Source of the DNA: Candidatus Vogelbacteria bacterium RIFOXYD1_FULL_44_32
Lineage (GTDB): Bacteria > Patescibacteriota > Minisyncoccia > Phycocordibacterales > XYD1-FULL-46-19
NCBI GenBank assembly: GCA_001823065.1
Contig: MHTJ01000002.1
Span: forward strand, 156,320 to 220,319
Reading direction: 5' to 3'
Length of the DNA: 64,000 nt
In this document: positions 27,769 through 37,814 of the stretch, piece after piece
Position numbering within the stretch: the stretch's first letter is position 1
How the letters are laid out: every line of letters starts with the position of its first letter
The notes under the pieces: generated by a model
The model's input: the letters and a program-made list of their open reading frames with translations, nothing else
Told to the model about the DNA's origin: nothing
Database searches by the model: none
Position numbers and translations under genes: made by a program

Positions 27769-28598
27769 AAGTTTTGGTAGCGTATATTCCCGTGATCCAC
27801 GCGGGGTACCTGGCACTCTTGCAGAAATATAAGGATTGCCACTTAGCTATCATAGGAGGAGAGCTTCTAGATACCTTGCCTTACCTTAAGCGTGATTTTC
27901 GGGCTTGTCCGGCTCATTTGATCGAAGGGATGATCCGTGGGTTGGGGTTCTTTTCGCCCATTGTTGGGGTGGTTCGCACTGGCGAAGAATTGATATTTTC
28001 CTGCGCTGGGGTGGACGAGATTATCTTGCCCGACGAAGATATCAGCCGGGCCTGTGCCGAAAAGTATTTGGCTGGATTGTCGGTCACATACGCATCGATC
28101 TGGCTACGTTGGGACAAGAAAAATGCCACTAGCGAAAAGGAGCCCAGCCCCAATCGGCTGGTCACTAGCTTGTGGGCGGATCAGGTCTTTATGGGGCAGG
28201 CTGAAAAATGTGCCTTGTCCAGCTCAGATTGGTGGCGCCAAGTGGGAGCGGTCGTGGTCAAAAATGACCAAGTGCTCATCACCGCTTTCAATCATCACTT
28301 GCCGACGGCTCAAACACCGTATATAAACGGTGACCCGCGGGGTAACTTTGACTGGGGCGAGCGGATTGACTTGTGTACGGCGATTCACGCTGAGGCGGCC
28401 ATTGTCGCTCAGGCAGCTAAGTCTGGTCTTAGTCTTGAGGGGGCCTCGTTGTATTCGAGTACCTTTCCTTGTCCGGGTTGTGCCAATCTCCTCGCGGAAA
28501 CAGGTATTGCTAAGGTGTACTACCGCGAGGGGTATTCACTGCTTGATGCCGAGACGGTATTTGGTTCGGCCGGCATTGAGCTGGTAAAAGTGCTGTAG
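27765..28598 (+). CDS. Deoxycytidylate (dCMP) deaminase domain protein with a ~130-aa N-terminal domain of unknown function.
   Basis: C-terminal HAEAAIVAQAA ... PCPGCANLL zinc-binding CDA motifs. Confidence 0.65.
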   Translation: MKVLVAYIPVIHAGYLALLQKYKDCHLAIIGGELLDTLPYLKRDFRACPAHLIEGMIRGLGFFSPIVGVVRTGEELIFSCAGVDEIILPDEDISRACAEKYLAGLSVTYASIWLRWDKKNATSEKEPSPNRLVTSLWADQVFMGQAEKCALSSSDWWRQVGAVVVKNDQVLITAFNHHLPTAQTPYINGDPRGNFDWGERIDLCTAIHAEAAIVAQAAKSGLSLEGASLYSSTFPCPGCANLLAETGIAKVYYREGYSLLDAETVFGSAGIELVKVL

Positions 28599-28788
28599 GT
28601 CTAGGGGTTCTCGCTTATGTCGAGGACCCCTTTATTGGTGTGCCGAAATACCCTCCGGTTTTACCGGAGGGATAAGAGGCACTAACGATAGGAGCGGCGG
28701 AGCCTCTACCTCTTCCAAAAAACCAGCCCCGATGCTGTCCGCGTAATACCCCGTCCGCTGGCGGCGGGGAATCGACGGACAGACTGGT

Positions 28789-29301
28789 TTATTTTTTATA
28801 ACCAACTCTAGCGGAGATGGTTTTTTTATTAGTATTTCTCTTGATCCCGGAAATAATATGACAATGGAGATGAGTAACACTGGCGCCGGTGTATTCAGTA
28901 TCACCAAAACGCAATAAAAATGATCCACCCGGTATTGCAAATTTTTTAGTAGTCCAATCAATAATTTTTTTTAAGTCAGACCACTCGCTGGTTTTAATTT
29001 GTTTAATATTTTCAATATGTCGTTTATGAATAATCAAAAAATGATATTTTGAACCACTATAAGGGTTTTGATTTATGGTCACCAACCAACCACCATTTTC
29101 TTTTAAAATTGGTGGTTTATGATATTTTGGTAAATTTTTTTGGCAGAAAGGACAGACACCATCATTTTTGATTTGGCCTAATAGTTTTTCGTATTGGCCG
29201 GGTCGGCCATGATTAATATTTACATGCATTGGCCTTATCATATCATATTGGTTTTTTAGCAAAAATCCCCCGCCGGCGAAGCCGGCGGGGGGGGGGGACA
29301 C
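28789..29301 (-). CDS. HIT-family (histidine triad) protein.
   Basis: HLHCHIISG triad and a Cys cluster CPFCQ. Confidence 0.75.
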   Translation of the reverse strand: MSPPPAGFAGGGFLLKNQYDMIRPMHVNINHGRPGQYEKLLGQIKNDGVCPFCQKNLPKYHKPPILKENGGWLVTINQNPYSGSKYHFLIIHKRHIENIKQIKTSEWSDLKKIIDWTTKKFAIPGGSFLLRFGDTEYTGASVTHLHCHIISGIKRNTNKKTISARVGYKK

Positions 29302-29310
29302 AACCCAAAA

Positions 29311-29805
29311 CTAACGGATTGTGACATATTCGGTGAAGAACATGTCGCAATCATCCTTGTCTTGCCTGGGCTGGAAGTCTTTTCTGACAAGCTTCCAGTT
29401 TGACAGCTCAAAAGGCGGGAAGAATACATCACCTTCGGCTTCCATGCAAACCTCTGTGATAAGAAGTCGGTCGGCAATAGGCAGGGTCAGTGCATAAATT
29501 TCAGCCCCACCAGCGACAAAAACGATTTCGTCGGGTCGGGTAATCTGCTGGAGTTGTTCAAGATTCTGAATCACCTCAGCACCTTCGGGCGAGTAACCAT
29601 CTTGCCGCGACAAAATGATGTTTCGGCGGTCGGGCAAGGGGCGCCACTTTGATGGAATCGACTCATAAGTCTTCCTCCCCATTAGTACCACATGGCCGGT
29701 GGTCACACGCTTGAAGTATTTTTGGTCGGTAGATAATCGCCACGGGAGACCGTTTCCCTGACCGATAATTCCGTTTTGGGCCCGTGCTACAATTAAGCTC
29801 AACAT
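29311..29805 (-). CDS. folA: Dihydrofolate reductase. The start is at the internal Met, with an AAGGAAA ribosome-binding site upstream.
   Basis: MLSLIVARAQNGIIGQGNGLPWRLSTDQKYFKRVTTGHVVLMGRKTYESIP. Confidence 0.85.
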   Translation of the reverse strand: MLSLIVARAQNGIIGQGNGLPWRLSTDQKYFKRVTTGHVVLMGRKTYESIPSKWRPLPDRRNIILSRQDGYSPEGAEVIQNLEQLQQITRPDEIVFVAGGAEIYALTLPIADRLLITEVCMEAEGDVFFPPFELSNWKLVRKDFQPRQDKDDCDMFFTEYVTIR

Positions 29806-29815
29806 AGGTTTCCTT

Positions 29816-30733
29816 TCAGATGCCGACAGGGATGCCGTCGATAGGGGGGTGGGGGTGGTAATCAGTAAGGGTAAAATCTCGAGCCCGCGCGAGCTCAAAA
29901 CTTGTAACTCCTTCGTGGAGGGTTAGGGTAGGCAGGAACCTTGGTTCGCGTCCCAGCATTTCTTTTACCCCCTCAACTTGGTTGTCGTAAATGTGGGCGT
30001 CACCAAATTGGTGAGTGAAAGTGCCAACCTCATAGCCGGTGACCCGCGCCAAGAGAATAGTCAGGGCCGCGTACTGGATCATATTGGCGGGGACTCCGAT
30101 CGGAAAATCAGCCGATCTTTGCCACATGTTCAAACACAACTTACCATTGATGACTCGCACATGGATCCAACCGTGGCAAGGCGAGACCACCGCTTTTTGG
30201 TAACCCCCTCGGCCGATGTAATACGGAATCCAAGGGGAAATAAAAGCGGTGCGAACATAAGGAAACTTCTTGATTTGCTCGATCAGGTGGGCAAATTGGT
30301 CGAACTTTTGTCCGTGGGCCATCGGAAAGTCGTGGAAGGCGGCGCCATAGGAACCGGGCCCCAGATCGTCTTTCACCAGACCAAATTCCTCAGATCGTTG
30401 GGCCCAAGGTTGCCACCAATCACAGCCCCAGTCTTTGAGGCCGGAGAAAGTGTGCACACCACTAGCAAACGCCAGAATTTCGGCGATGGCCTTACGCCAA
30501 AAACCAATTTTCCGTTCGGTGATCAGTGGTGCGCCATTCTCCAAATTAAATACCATCGGAGGCAAGGCACCAAAGACCGTGTAAGCACCAGTGCCTTGGG
30601 GTGTTTCGGCGATGAATTCACCTTTTTCCAAAATGAACCGCAGTCGATCTTGGTATTGGGTGTCCGCCGTCCTGTCGCTGTAAGGTTTCAATTTAAGTCC
30701 TCCAGAGTTTTGGGTTGAGTTGTCAGTGTTCAA
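29816..30733 (-). CDS. thyA: Thymidylate synthase (ThyA).
   Basis: PCHGWIHVRV ... RSADFPIGVPANMIQYAALT ... HQFGDAHIY. Confidence 0.9.
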   Translation of the reverse strand: MNTDNSTQNSGGLKLKPYSDRTADTQYQDRLRFILEKGEFIAETPQGTGAYTVFGALPPMVFNLENGAPLITERKIGFWRKAIAEILAFASGVHTFSGLKDWGCDWWQPWAQRSEEFGLVKDDLGPGSYGAAFHDFPMAHGQKFDQFAHLIEQIKKFPYVRTAFISPWIPYYIGRGGYQKAVVSPCHGWIHVRVINGKLCLNMWQRSADFPIGVPANMIQYAALTILLARVTGYEVGTFTHQFGDAHIYDNQVEGVKEMLGREPRFLPTLTLHEGVTSFELARARDFTLTDYHPHPPIDGIPVGI

Positions 30734-30777
30734 AGTCCCAAGCTAATTTCTAGCGTATTTAGGGTGGATATGCAATT

Positions 30778-31950
30778 ATGTCTGAAATGAAAGACAAACA
30801 AATTGCCAAACTAATCCAGACCGAAAAAGTGCGCCAAAAAAAGGTGGTCAATCTTATTGCCTCAGAAAATTATGTATCGAAAGATGTTTTAGTGGCGCTT
30901 GGTTCAGAATTAGTCAACAAATATGCCGAGGGGTACCCGGGGGCGCGTTACTATGGTGGCAATGAAGTGGTGGATAAAATAGAAACTTTATGTCAGGAAA
31001 GGGCTTTAAAACTTTTTAAATTAAACAAAAAGCAGTGGTCGGTAAATGTTCAACCGCTGTCTGGTTCGCCAGCCAACACGGCGGTTTATTTAGCCCTAGT
31101 ACCAGTGGGGGGAAAAATAATGGGGATGACTTTGTCTGACGGGGGGCACCTTACTCATGGTCACAAAGTTTCGGTAACGGGTAAAGTTTGGCAACAAATT
31201 CCTTACGGTGTTGATTCTAAAACCGAACAGCTTGATTATGAAGAAATTTCTAAAATTGCCGAGAAAGAAAAACCTAAAATAATTGTGGCTGGTTTTACCG
31301 CTTATCCGCGTCAGATTGACTGGAAAAAGTTTCGCGTGATTGCCGATAGTTGTGGCGCCTATCTTGTGGTGGATATGTCCCACCTAGCGGGCCTGGTGGC
31401 TGGTGGGGCTTACCCCAGCCCTTTTCCCTATGCCGATGCGGTGACCACTACTACTCACAAAACTTTGCGGGGGCCACGAGCTGCGCTGATATTTTCTAAA
31501 AAAGAATTAGCAGAAAAAATAGATAAAGCGGTTTTTCCAGGGGTGCAGGGTGGTCCACATCTAAATCAGGTAGCGGCGGTGGCTGTTGCTTTGGGGGAAG
31601 CGATGACGCCGGCGTTTAAAACTTATGCTAAACAGGTGGTGAAAAATGCCAAAGCTTTGGCAGGGGAATTGAAAAAACTTGGCTGGCGGTTAGTGTCGGG
31701 TGGTACCGATTCCCATTTAATATTGCTAGACACTTGGCTGGACGGAAAAGGGGTGGGTGGTAAAGAGGCCAGTGATCGTTTAGAAAAAGTGGGGATAATT
31801 GTAAACAAAAATACTATCCCGGGTGATAAAAGAAGCCCGGTTGACCCATCGGGTATTCGCCTTGGCACAGCCGCCGAAACCAGTCGCGGGAAAAAAGAAA
31901 AAGATATGGTTAAACTCGCGAAAAGGATAAATAATATCTTAAAAAAATGA
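30778..31950 (+). CDS. glyA: Serine hydroxymethyltransferase.
   Basis: LIASENYVSKDV ... YPGARYYGG ... TTTTHKTLRGPR (PLP lysine). Confidence 0.9.
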   Translation: MSEMKDKQIAKLIQTEKVRQKKVVNLIASENYVSKDVLVALGSELVNKYAEGYPGARYYGGNEVVDKIETLCQERALKLFKLNKKQWSVNVQPLSGSPANTAVYLALVPVGGKIMGMTLSDGGHLTHGHKVSVTGKVWQQIPYGVDSKTEQLDYEEISKIAEKEKPKIIVAGFTAYPRQIDWKKFRVIADSCGAYLVVDMSHLAGLVAGGAYPSPFPYADAVTTTTHKTLRGPRAALIFSKKELAEKIDKAVFPGVQGGPHLNQVAAVAVALGEAMTPAFKTYAKQVVKNAKALAGELKKLGWRLVSGGTDSHLILLDTWLDGKGVGGKEASDRLEKVGIIVNKNTIPGDKRSPVDPSGIRLGTAAETSRGKKEKDMVKLAKRINNILKK

Positions 31951-32381
31951 GTAGTTTCAAATTAAAAATAAAAAAATTAAATCCCGAGGCTAAATTGCCA
32001 AGTTATGCTCACACGGGTGATGCTGGTCTAGATTTGTTTGCTGTGGAAAAAGTGGTCGTGCCAGCTGGTGAGCGGGCCACTATTTCTACTGGCCTTGCTT
32101 TCGAAATACCAGAGGGTTACGTGGGTCTAGTTTGGGACAAAAGTGGTTTAGCTTTTAAACGGGGTCTGACCTCGGTCTCCGGGGTGTTAGATTCTGGCTA
32201 TCGAGGGGAGCTTTTTTTGTGTATTTTGAATACCTCTCGAGAAGACTATATTTTTGCGAAAGGAGACAAAGTAGCTCAACTTTTAATTCAACCTATACTT
32301 CATACTGATATCGAACAAGTAGAAGAACTCTCTGATTCTAGCCGCGGTGAAGGGCGGTTTGGCTCTACTGGCAAGCAATAA
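31947..32381 (+). CDS. dut: dUTP diphosphatase.
   Basis: AHTGDAGLDLFA ... GLVWDKSG ... SRGEGRFGSTG. Confidence 0.85.
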   Translation: MSSFKLKIKKLNPEAKLPSYAHTGDAGLDLFAVEKVVVPAGERATISTGLAFEIPEGYVGLVWDKSGLAFKRGLTSVSGVLDSGYRGELFLCILNTSREDYIFAKGDKVAQLLIQPILHTDIEQVEELSDSSRGEGRFGSTGKQ

Positions 32382-32446
32382 TTTACGCTTAAAAGACGGA
32401 GTAAATAACCCTATACAATAGGGGTTTTTATGCTATATTTGACCTA

Positions 32447-34165
32447 ATGACTCGCTCTAATATTGAAAAAGCCCTGGTCGAGGAACTTAAACTCTTAGGC
32501 ATACGGGGTCCCAAAATTACTCTAGAACATCCAGCTGACCCAGGTTTGGGGGATTATGCGACCAATGTGGCCCTTATCTATGCTAAAAAGCTGGGTGCCA
32601 ATCCAATTGAGTTGGCCGGTCAGCTAGTGCAAAGTCTTAAAAATCGCCACTTTCCAGAGGTGGAAAAAATAGTGGTGGCGGGTTTTGGGTTTATTAATTT
32701 TTATTTAAAACCAGAATTTTTTGAGGGAGGAATAAAAAAAATAATTGGTAATGAAAAATTTGGTCAAGGTTCTAAATTGAAAAATGAAAAAACGATTGTT
32801 GAATATACCGACCCTAATCCATTTAAAACTTTTCACATTGGCCATTTAATGTCCAATACGATTGGGGAAGCGGTGTCGCGACTACTCGAGTGGAATGGGG
32901 CGGAAATAAAACGGGCCTGCTATCAAGGTGATGTTGGTTTGCATATTGCTAAGGCGATATATGGTTTACAAAAAAAACCAGGGCAGTTTTGGAAGGAAAA
33001 GTTTTTTGGTACCGCTTTCAGTCGGGTCTCGTACCTAGGGGTAGCTTATGCTTTAGGAGCTAAACAATATGATGAAAGCAAAGAGGTTCAGAAAGAGATT
33101 GCTGAATTAAATAAAAAAATTTATGAACGCAGTGATATGGCGGTCAATCGACTTTATGATGCCGGGCGTAAATGGAGCCTGGACCATTTTGAGATAATCT
33201 ATCAACGATTAGGGACAGATTTTAACTTCTATTTTTTTGAGAGCGAGGCGGGTCCTTTTGGTAAAGAATTAATAAACGAATTTTTAAAAAAGGATGTTTT
33301 TACCGAGTCGGACGGCGCGATTGTTTTCAAAGGTGAGGCTCATGGACTACACACTAGAGTGTTTTTAAATTCGCAAGGTTTGCCAACCTATGAGGCCAAG
33401 GAACTTGGTTTGGCCAAAATGAAATATGATTTATACCCCTACGACCGGTCGGTGGTAGTAACCGGTAATGAAATAGACTCTTATTTCAAGGTGATAAAAA
33501 AAGTTATGGAGTTTGTTTTTCCTGACCTTGAAAAAAAGACCCATCACATATCTCATGGCATGTTGCGACTACCCTCGGGAAAAATGTCTTCGCGGACAGG
33601 CGATGTGGTAGCGGCTGAAGATTTGTTGGCCGAAGTTGAAAATAAAGTATTGGAAAAATTGGCCGACCGACAAATGGCTAAGTCCGAGAAAAAAAGTATT
33701 GCCGAGGCGGTAGCGGTGGCGGCTATTAAGTTTTCCATTCTAAAACAAGCACCCGGACGTGATACTATTTTTGATTTGGAAAAATCGGTGTCTTTTGAAG
33801 GGGATTCGGGACCCTATTTACAGTACACGGCCGTGCGGGCGGGGTCGGTGCTTGATAAAGCGGTCACTGAAGACCTGGTCCCAAAGACTGTCCGACCAGA
33901 GGGGGATGTGGTACCGCTTGAGCGTTTGTTGTATCAATTTCCAGAAATAGTTGAGCGGGCAGGGACCGAATATGCTCCACAATACATCGTTACTTATTTG
34001 TTGGAGCTAGCTAGTGCCTACAATGGTTTTTATGGGGCCAATAAAATAATTGATGTCGACAACCCAGCAGTGTCGGCGTGGCGTTTGGCACTCTCTGCGG
34101 CCACCCGAACGGTAATGACAAATGGTTTGACGGTGCTGGGGATACGGGTGCCGGAGCAAATGTAA
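32447..34165 (+). CDS. argS: Arginyl-tRNA synthetase.
   Basis: PNPFKTFHIGHLMSNTIGEAV (HIGH), a GKMSSRTG KMSKS-like motif, and the C-terminal DALR domain. Confidence 0.9.
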   Translation: MTRSNIEKALVEELKLLGIRGPKITLEHPADPGLGDYATNVALIYAKKLGANPIELAGQLVQSLKNRHFPEVEKIVVAGFGFINFYLKPEFFEGGIKKIIGNEKFGQGSKLKNEKTIVEYTDPNPFKTFHIGHLMSNTIGEAVSRLLEWNGAEIKRACYQGDVGLHIAKAIYGLQKKPGQFWKEKFFGTAFSRVSYLGVAYALGAKQYDESKEVQKEIAELNKKIYERSDMAVNRLYDAGRKWSLDHFEIIYQRLGTDFNFYFFESEAGPFGKELINEFLKKDVFTESDGAIVFKGEAHGLHTRVFLNSQGLPTYEAKELGLAKMKYDLYPYDRSVVVTGNEIDSYFKVIKKVMEFVFPDLEKKTHHISHGMLRLPSGKMSSRTGDVVAAEDLLAEVENKVLEKLADRQMAKSEKKSIAEAVAVAAIKFSILKQAPGRDTIFDLEKSVSFEGDSGPYLQYTAVRAGSVLDKAVTEDLVPKTVRPEGDVVPLERLLYQFPEIVERAGTEYAPQYIVTYLLELASAYNGFYGANKIIDVDNPAVSAWRLALSAATRTVMTNGLTVLGIRVPEQM

Positions 34166-34386
34166 TTTGCTCACCTAGCTTCCTTTTCCAAACACAGAAA
34201 ACCACTCCAGCGAGTGGTTTTCTTCTGCTCCAGCGGGGCCGTTTGGCCTCGTGCCTGCTGGCCCAAATTCTCCAAAGGCCAAAACCCTGCCGGCCGACAC
34301 CTCCGCAAGGTTTGGAAAAGGAACTAGGATCGCGCCCCAACGAGTCTCATTGTAAATACCCCTATTTTAAGGTAAATTAGTTAAAT

Positions 34387-37300
34387 ATGTCAGAGGAAAA
34401 GAACCAGCCGGAAAAGTCAGAAACCGCCAAACGGGAGGAAGAAATTCTGCAGTTTTGGCAGGATAATAATATTTTCAAAAAATCGGAAGAAAAAGATGCT
34501 TCAGAAGGCGAATTTGTTTTTTATGAAGGTCCACCAACCGCCAATGGCCGGCCGGGTATTCACCACCTAGAAGCCCGAGTGTTTAAAGATGCTATTCCGC
34601 GCTACAAGACAATGCGCGGGTTTAGAGTGCGCCGGCGTGGTGGCTGGGACACCCACGGCTTGCCGGTAGAAATAGAGACAGAAAAGAAGCTTGGTTTAAA
34701 ATCAAAAAAAGAAATCGAAAGTTATGGTATTGGCAAATTTAATGATGAATGTAAAAAAAGCGTTTGGTCCTATGTGGATGAATGGCGGAGTTTTACTGAG
34801 AGGATTGGTTACTGGGTAGATTTGGACAATGCCTATGTTACCTACAAACCAGAATACATGGAGTCGGTGTGGAATATTTTGGCCACCGCCCACAAGCGGG
34901 GGCTTTTGTACCAAGACTATCGCGTCGTGCCGTGGTGCACGCGGTGTGGTACCGCTTTGTCTAGCCACGAATTGGCGCAAGGTTATGCGGAAGTCAAAGA
35001 TTTGTCGGTGTATGTAAAGTTTGAGCTAGAGGACGAGCCAAATACCTTTATGCTCGCTTGGACAACGACCCCGTGGACTTTGCCGGGCAATGTGGCGCTG
35101 GCCGTGGGTGAGAATATTGAATATGTAAAAGTAAAAGTTGGCAGTGAGTTTTTAATCTTGGCTAAAAACCTAGCTGCTACTGTTGAAGGGGAGGTGGTTG
35201 AGGAATTTTTGGGCAAAGGATTGATTGGTAAAAAATACAAACCCTTGTGGCCATTTTTGGTAGACAAGATGTCAGATGAGGAAAAAGAAAAATCATTCAA
35301 AATATATCCAGCCGATTTTGTCACGACCGAAGATGGAACGGGGGTGGTACATACAGCGGTAATGTATGGTCAAGATGACTTTGAGTTGGGTACCAAATTT
35401 GGTTTACCTAAATATCATATTGTAAATGACGATGGCACTTTTAAACCAGAGGCCGGTTTTTTGGCCGGCAGATTTGTTAAAGATGAGGATACAACAGTTG
35501 AAATAATAAAAGATTTGGCTGGTCGCGATATATTGTTTAAAAAAGAAAAGCACACTCATACTTATCCGCATTGTTGGCGGTGCAAAACTCCGCTCATCTA
35601 TTTTGCGCGCGACTCTTGGTATATTGCTATGTCCAAATTGCGCGATGAGTTGGTGGCGGAAAATCAAAATATAAATTGGGAACCGGCCCATACCAAAGAC
35701 GGTCGGTTTGGTGAGTGGCTGTTGGGTATTAAAGATTGGGCGATTTCGCGCGAGCGCTATTGGGGGACACCACTACCAGTGTGGCGGAGTGAGGATAAAA
35801 AGGAAATGATAGTTGTTGACTCAATCGAGACTTTACGGCGACACACTAAAAAGTCTGGCAATAAATATTTTATAATCAGGCACGGCGAAGCCGAACATAA
35901 TGCCAAGGGAATTATTGATGCTAATGATGAAAATAAATGGTCATTGACGGCCAAAGGGCGAGAACAGATTAAATTGGCAGTAAATGATTTAAAAGATAAA
36001 AATATTGATTTAGTATATTCCTCACCTTTTGTGCGAACACGAGAGACAGCTGATATTTTAGTTGCTGGTTTAAGTATTGACAAGACGGAAGTAGTTTTTG
36101 ATGACCGGCTTAAAGAATTAGATTTTGGTAGCTTGCACGGCCAAGAATTTTCGGAATTTCTAAAATATGAGAAAGAAAATATGTTGTTGTTTTCTGACCC
36201 ATTGCCAGGTGGGGAAAGTTATTTGGATGCTAAGAGGCGTTTCGGAAAGTTTATTTATGAATTAGAGGAGAAAGTTAAGGGTAAAAATATTTTAATTATT
36301 ACTCATGGCATTGGCGCTGAGGTTTTAATGCCGGTAGCTTTGGGGGTAAATAGTGAAGACTCAAAAAAAATATTAGATAAAGTGGCACCAAAAGTGGGGG
36401 AAGTTAATCAAATTGATTTTGTGCCCCTACCCCACAATGATAATTTTGAAATTGATCTCCATCGGCCGTTTATTGATGAGGTAGTTTTGATTTCAGATAA
36501 GGAGACAGAGTTGCATCGCGTGTCCGAGGTGATGGACGTTTGGTTTGATTCAGGTGCAATGCCTTTTGCGCAGGACCATTATCCGTTTGAAAATAAAGAA
36601 AAACTAGAAAATGGTGGCTATCCAGCTGACTTTATTTCCGAAGCGATTGACCAGACTAGGGGTTGGTTTTACACCTTGCACGCGGTGGGGGCGCTTATGG
36701 GCAAAGGCAAGGCCTACAAAAATGTTATTTGTTTAGGCCTTATTTTAGACGCGGAAGGTAAAAAAATGTCCAAGTCGGTGGGCAATACAGTAAACCCGTG
36801 GGAGATGATAGATAAATATGGCGTGGATATTTTGCGTTTTTGGATGTATAGCGTGAACCAGCCGGGTGATGCTAAAAATTTTGACGAAAAAACAGTTGAT
36901 GAGGTCAATAAAAAAGTTTTTAACTTGCTTAAAAATGTTCTCAATTTTTATGAGATGTTTAAAACAGGTGTAGAACCACTGGCCGATTTTACAGATTTGC
37001 CAATTCTTGACCGCTGGATAGTGGCCAAATTGGATGAATTAAAAAATGGTATGACGGCTAGTCTCGATAGATATGATTTATTTTCGGCAACTAGATTGTT
37101 GCGGGAGTTTGTGGCCGATTTGTCGCAGTGGTATATTCGGCGTTCGCGCGACCGGTTTAAAGATGGCGGGGCGGATGCTCTAAAAGCGGAAGCGACGACC
37201 AGATTTGTGTTGTTAGAAATTTCTAAATTAATAGCCCCCTTTGCGCCGTTTTTTGCCGAAGATTTGTATCAAAAATTAAAAACAGTTGGCAATCCTGAAA

Positions 37301-37797
37301 GTGTTCACTTGGCCGAGTGGCCGACGGCGGGGGTGGTGGATGAAAAGTTGTTAGTTGATATGGAAAAAACTCGCAGTTTGGTAACTATTACTCTAGAGCT
37401 ACGCGCCAAGTCGGGGATTAAGGTCCGTCAGCCACTAAGCGAGTTATCTCTAAAAGAAAATATTGATACCGAGTATTTTGATATCATTAAGGATGAAATC
37501 AATGTCAAACAAGTGACAATAAATACTGGGCAAGAAGAGGCGGTATTGCTCAACATTGAAATAACACCAGAGCTGGTGGAAGAAGGCAAGGTTCGCGAAC
37601 TAATGCGTGAAATTCAAGACTTGCGCAAAGAACGGGGCCTCTTGCCTAGTGACCGGATTAATCTAGTAATCGCTACCGCCGCGGCGGGGCAGACTATTGT
37701 AGAAAAATTTAAAGCGGAAATATTAAAAACAGTAGGAGCCGACAGTTTGTCGTTTGCGCCCGCTCAGTCTGACCGTGAATTTGAAATATCTTTTTAA
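34387..37797 (+). CDS. ileS: Isoleucyl-tRNA synthetase carrying an internal ~175-aa histidine-phosphatase (PGAM/RHG) domain insertion.
   Basis: PPTANGRPGIHHLEAR (HIGH), the TTPWTLPGN editing motif, WAISRERYWGTPLP, and KMSKSVGN. Residues ~493-665 give RHGEAEHN ... SSPFVRTRETA ... ILIITHG. Confidence 0.9.
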   Translation: MSEEKNQPEKSETAKREEEILQFWQDNNIFKKSEEKDASEGEFVFYEGPPTANGRPGIHHLEARVFKDAIPRYKTMRGFRVRRRGGWDTHGLPVEIETEKKLGLKSKKEIESYGIGKFNDECKKSVWSYVDEWRSFTERIGYWVDLDNAYVTYKPEYMESVWNILATAHKRGLLYQDYRVVPWCTRCGTALSSHELAQGYAEVKDLSVYVKFELEDEPNTFMLAWTTTPWTLPGNVALAVGENIEYVKVKVGSEFLILAKNLAATVEGEVVEEFLGKGLIGKKYKPLWPFLVDKMSDEEKEKSFKIYPADFVTTEDGTGVVHTAVMYGQDDFELGTKFGLPKYHIVNDDGTFKPEAGFLAGRFVKDEDTTVEIIKDLAGRDILFKKEKHTHTYPHCWRCKTPLIYFARDSWYIAMSKLRDELVAENQNINWEPAHTKDGRFGEWLLGIKDWAISRERYWGTPLPVWRSEDKKEMIVVDSIETLRRHTKKSGNKYFIIRHGEAEHNAKGIIDANDENKWSLTAKGREQIKLAVNDLKDKNIDLVYSSPFVRTRETADILVAGLSIDKTEVVFDDRLKELDFGSLHGQEFSEFLKYEKENMLLFSDPLPGGESYLDAKRRFGKFIYELEEKVKGKNILIITHGIGAEVLMPVALGVNSEDSKKILDKVAPKVGEVNQIDFVPLPHNDNFEIDLHRPFIDEVVLISDKETELHRVSEVMDVWFDSGAMPFAQDHYPFENKEKLENGGYPADFISEAIDQTRGWFYTLHAVGALMGKGKAYKNVICLGLILDAEGKKMSKSVGNTVNPWEMIDKYGVDILRFWMYSVNQPGDAKNFDEKTVDEVNKKVFNLLKNVLNFYEMFKTGVEPLADFTDLPILDRWIVAKLDELKNGMTASLDRYDLFSATRLLREFVADLSQWYIRRSRDRFKDGGADALKAEATTRFVLLEISKLIAPFAPFFAEDLYQKLKTVGNPESVHLAEWPTAGVVDEKLLVDMEKTRSLVTITLELRAKSGIKVRQPLSELSLKENIDTEYFDIIKDEINVKQVTINTGQEEAVLLNIEITPELVEEGKVRELMREIQDLRKERGLLPSDRINLVIATAAAGQTIVEKFKAEILKTVGADSLSFAPAQSDREFEISF

Positions 37798-37814
37798 CCT
37801 CCAACCTCTAACCC

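Noticed and set aside
29806-29898. A 31-aa N-terminal extension of folA overlapping thyA.
   Set aside because: The conserved DHFR N-terminus begins at the internal Met (MLSLIVARAQNG), which has an AAGGAAA ribosome-binding site located after the thyA stop.
34387-37797. An intein or a frameshift as the explanation for the extra sequence in ileS.
   Set aside because: The insert has no intein splice motifs (no C/S at the start, no HN at the end). It is a recognisable RHG phosphatase fold in the same frame, and the ORF is uninterrupted.
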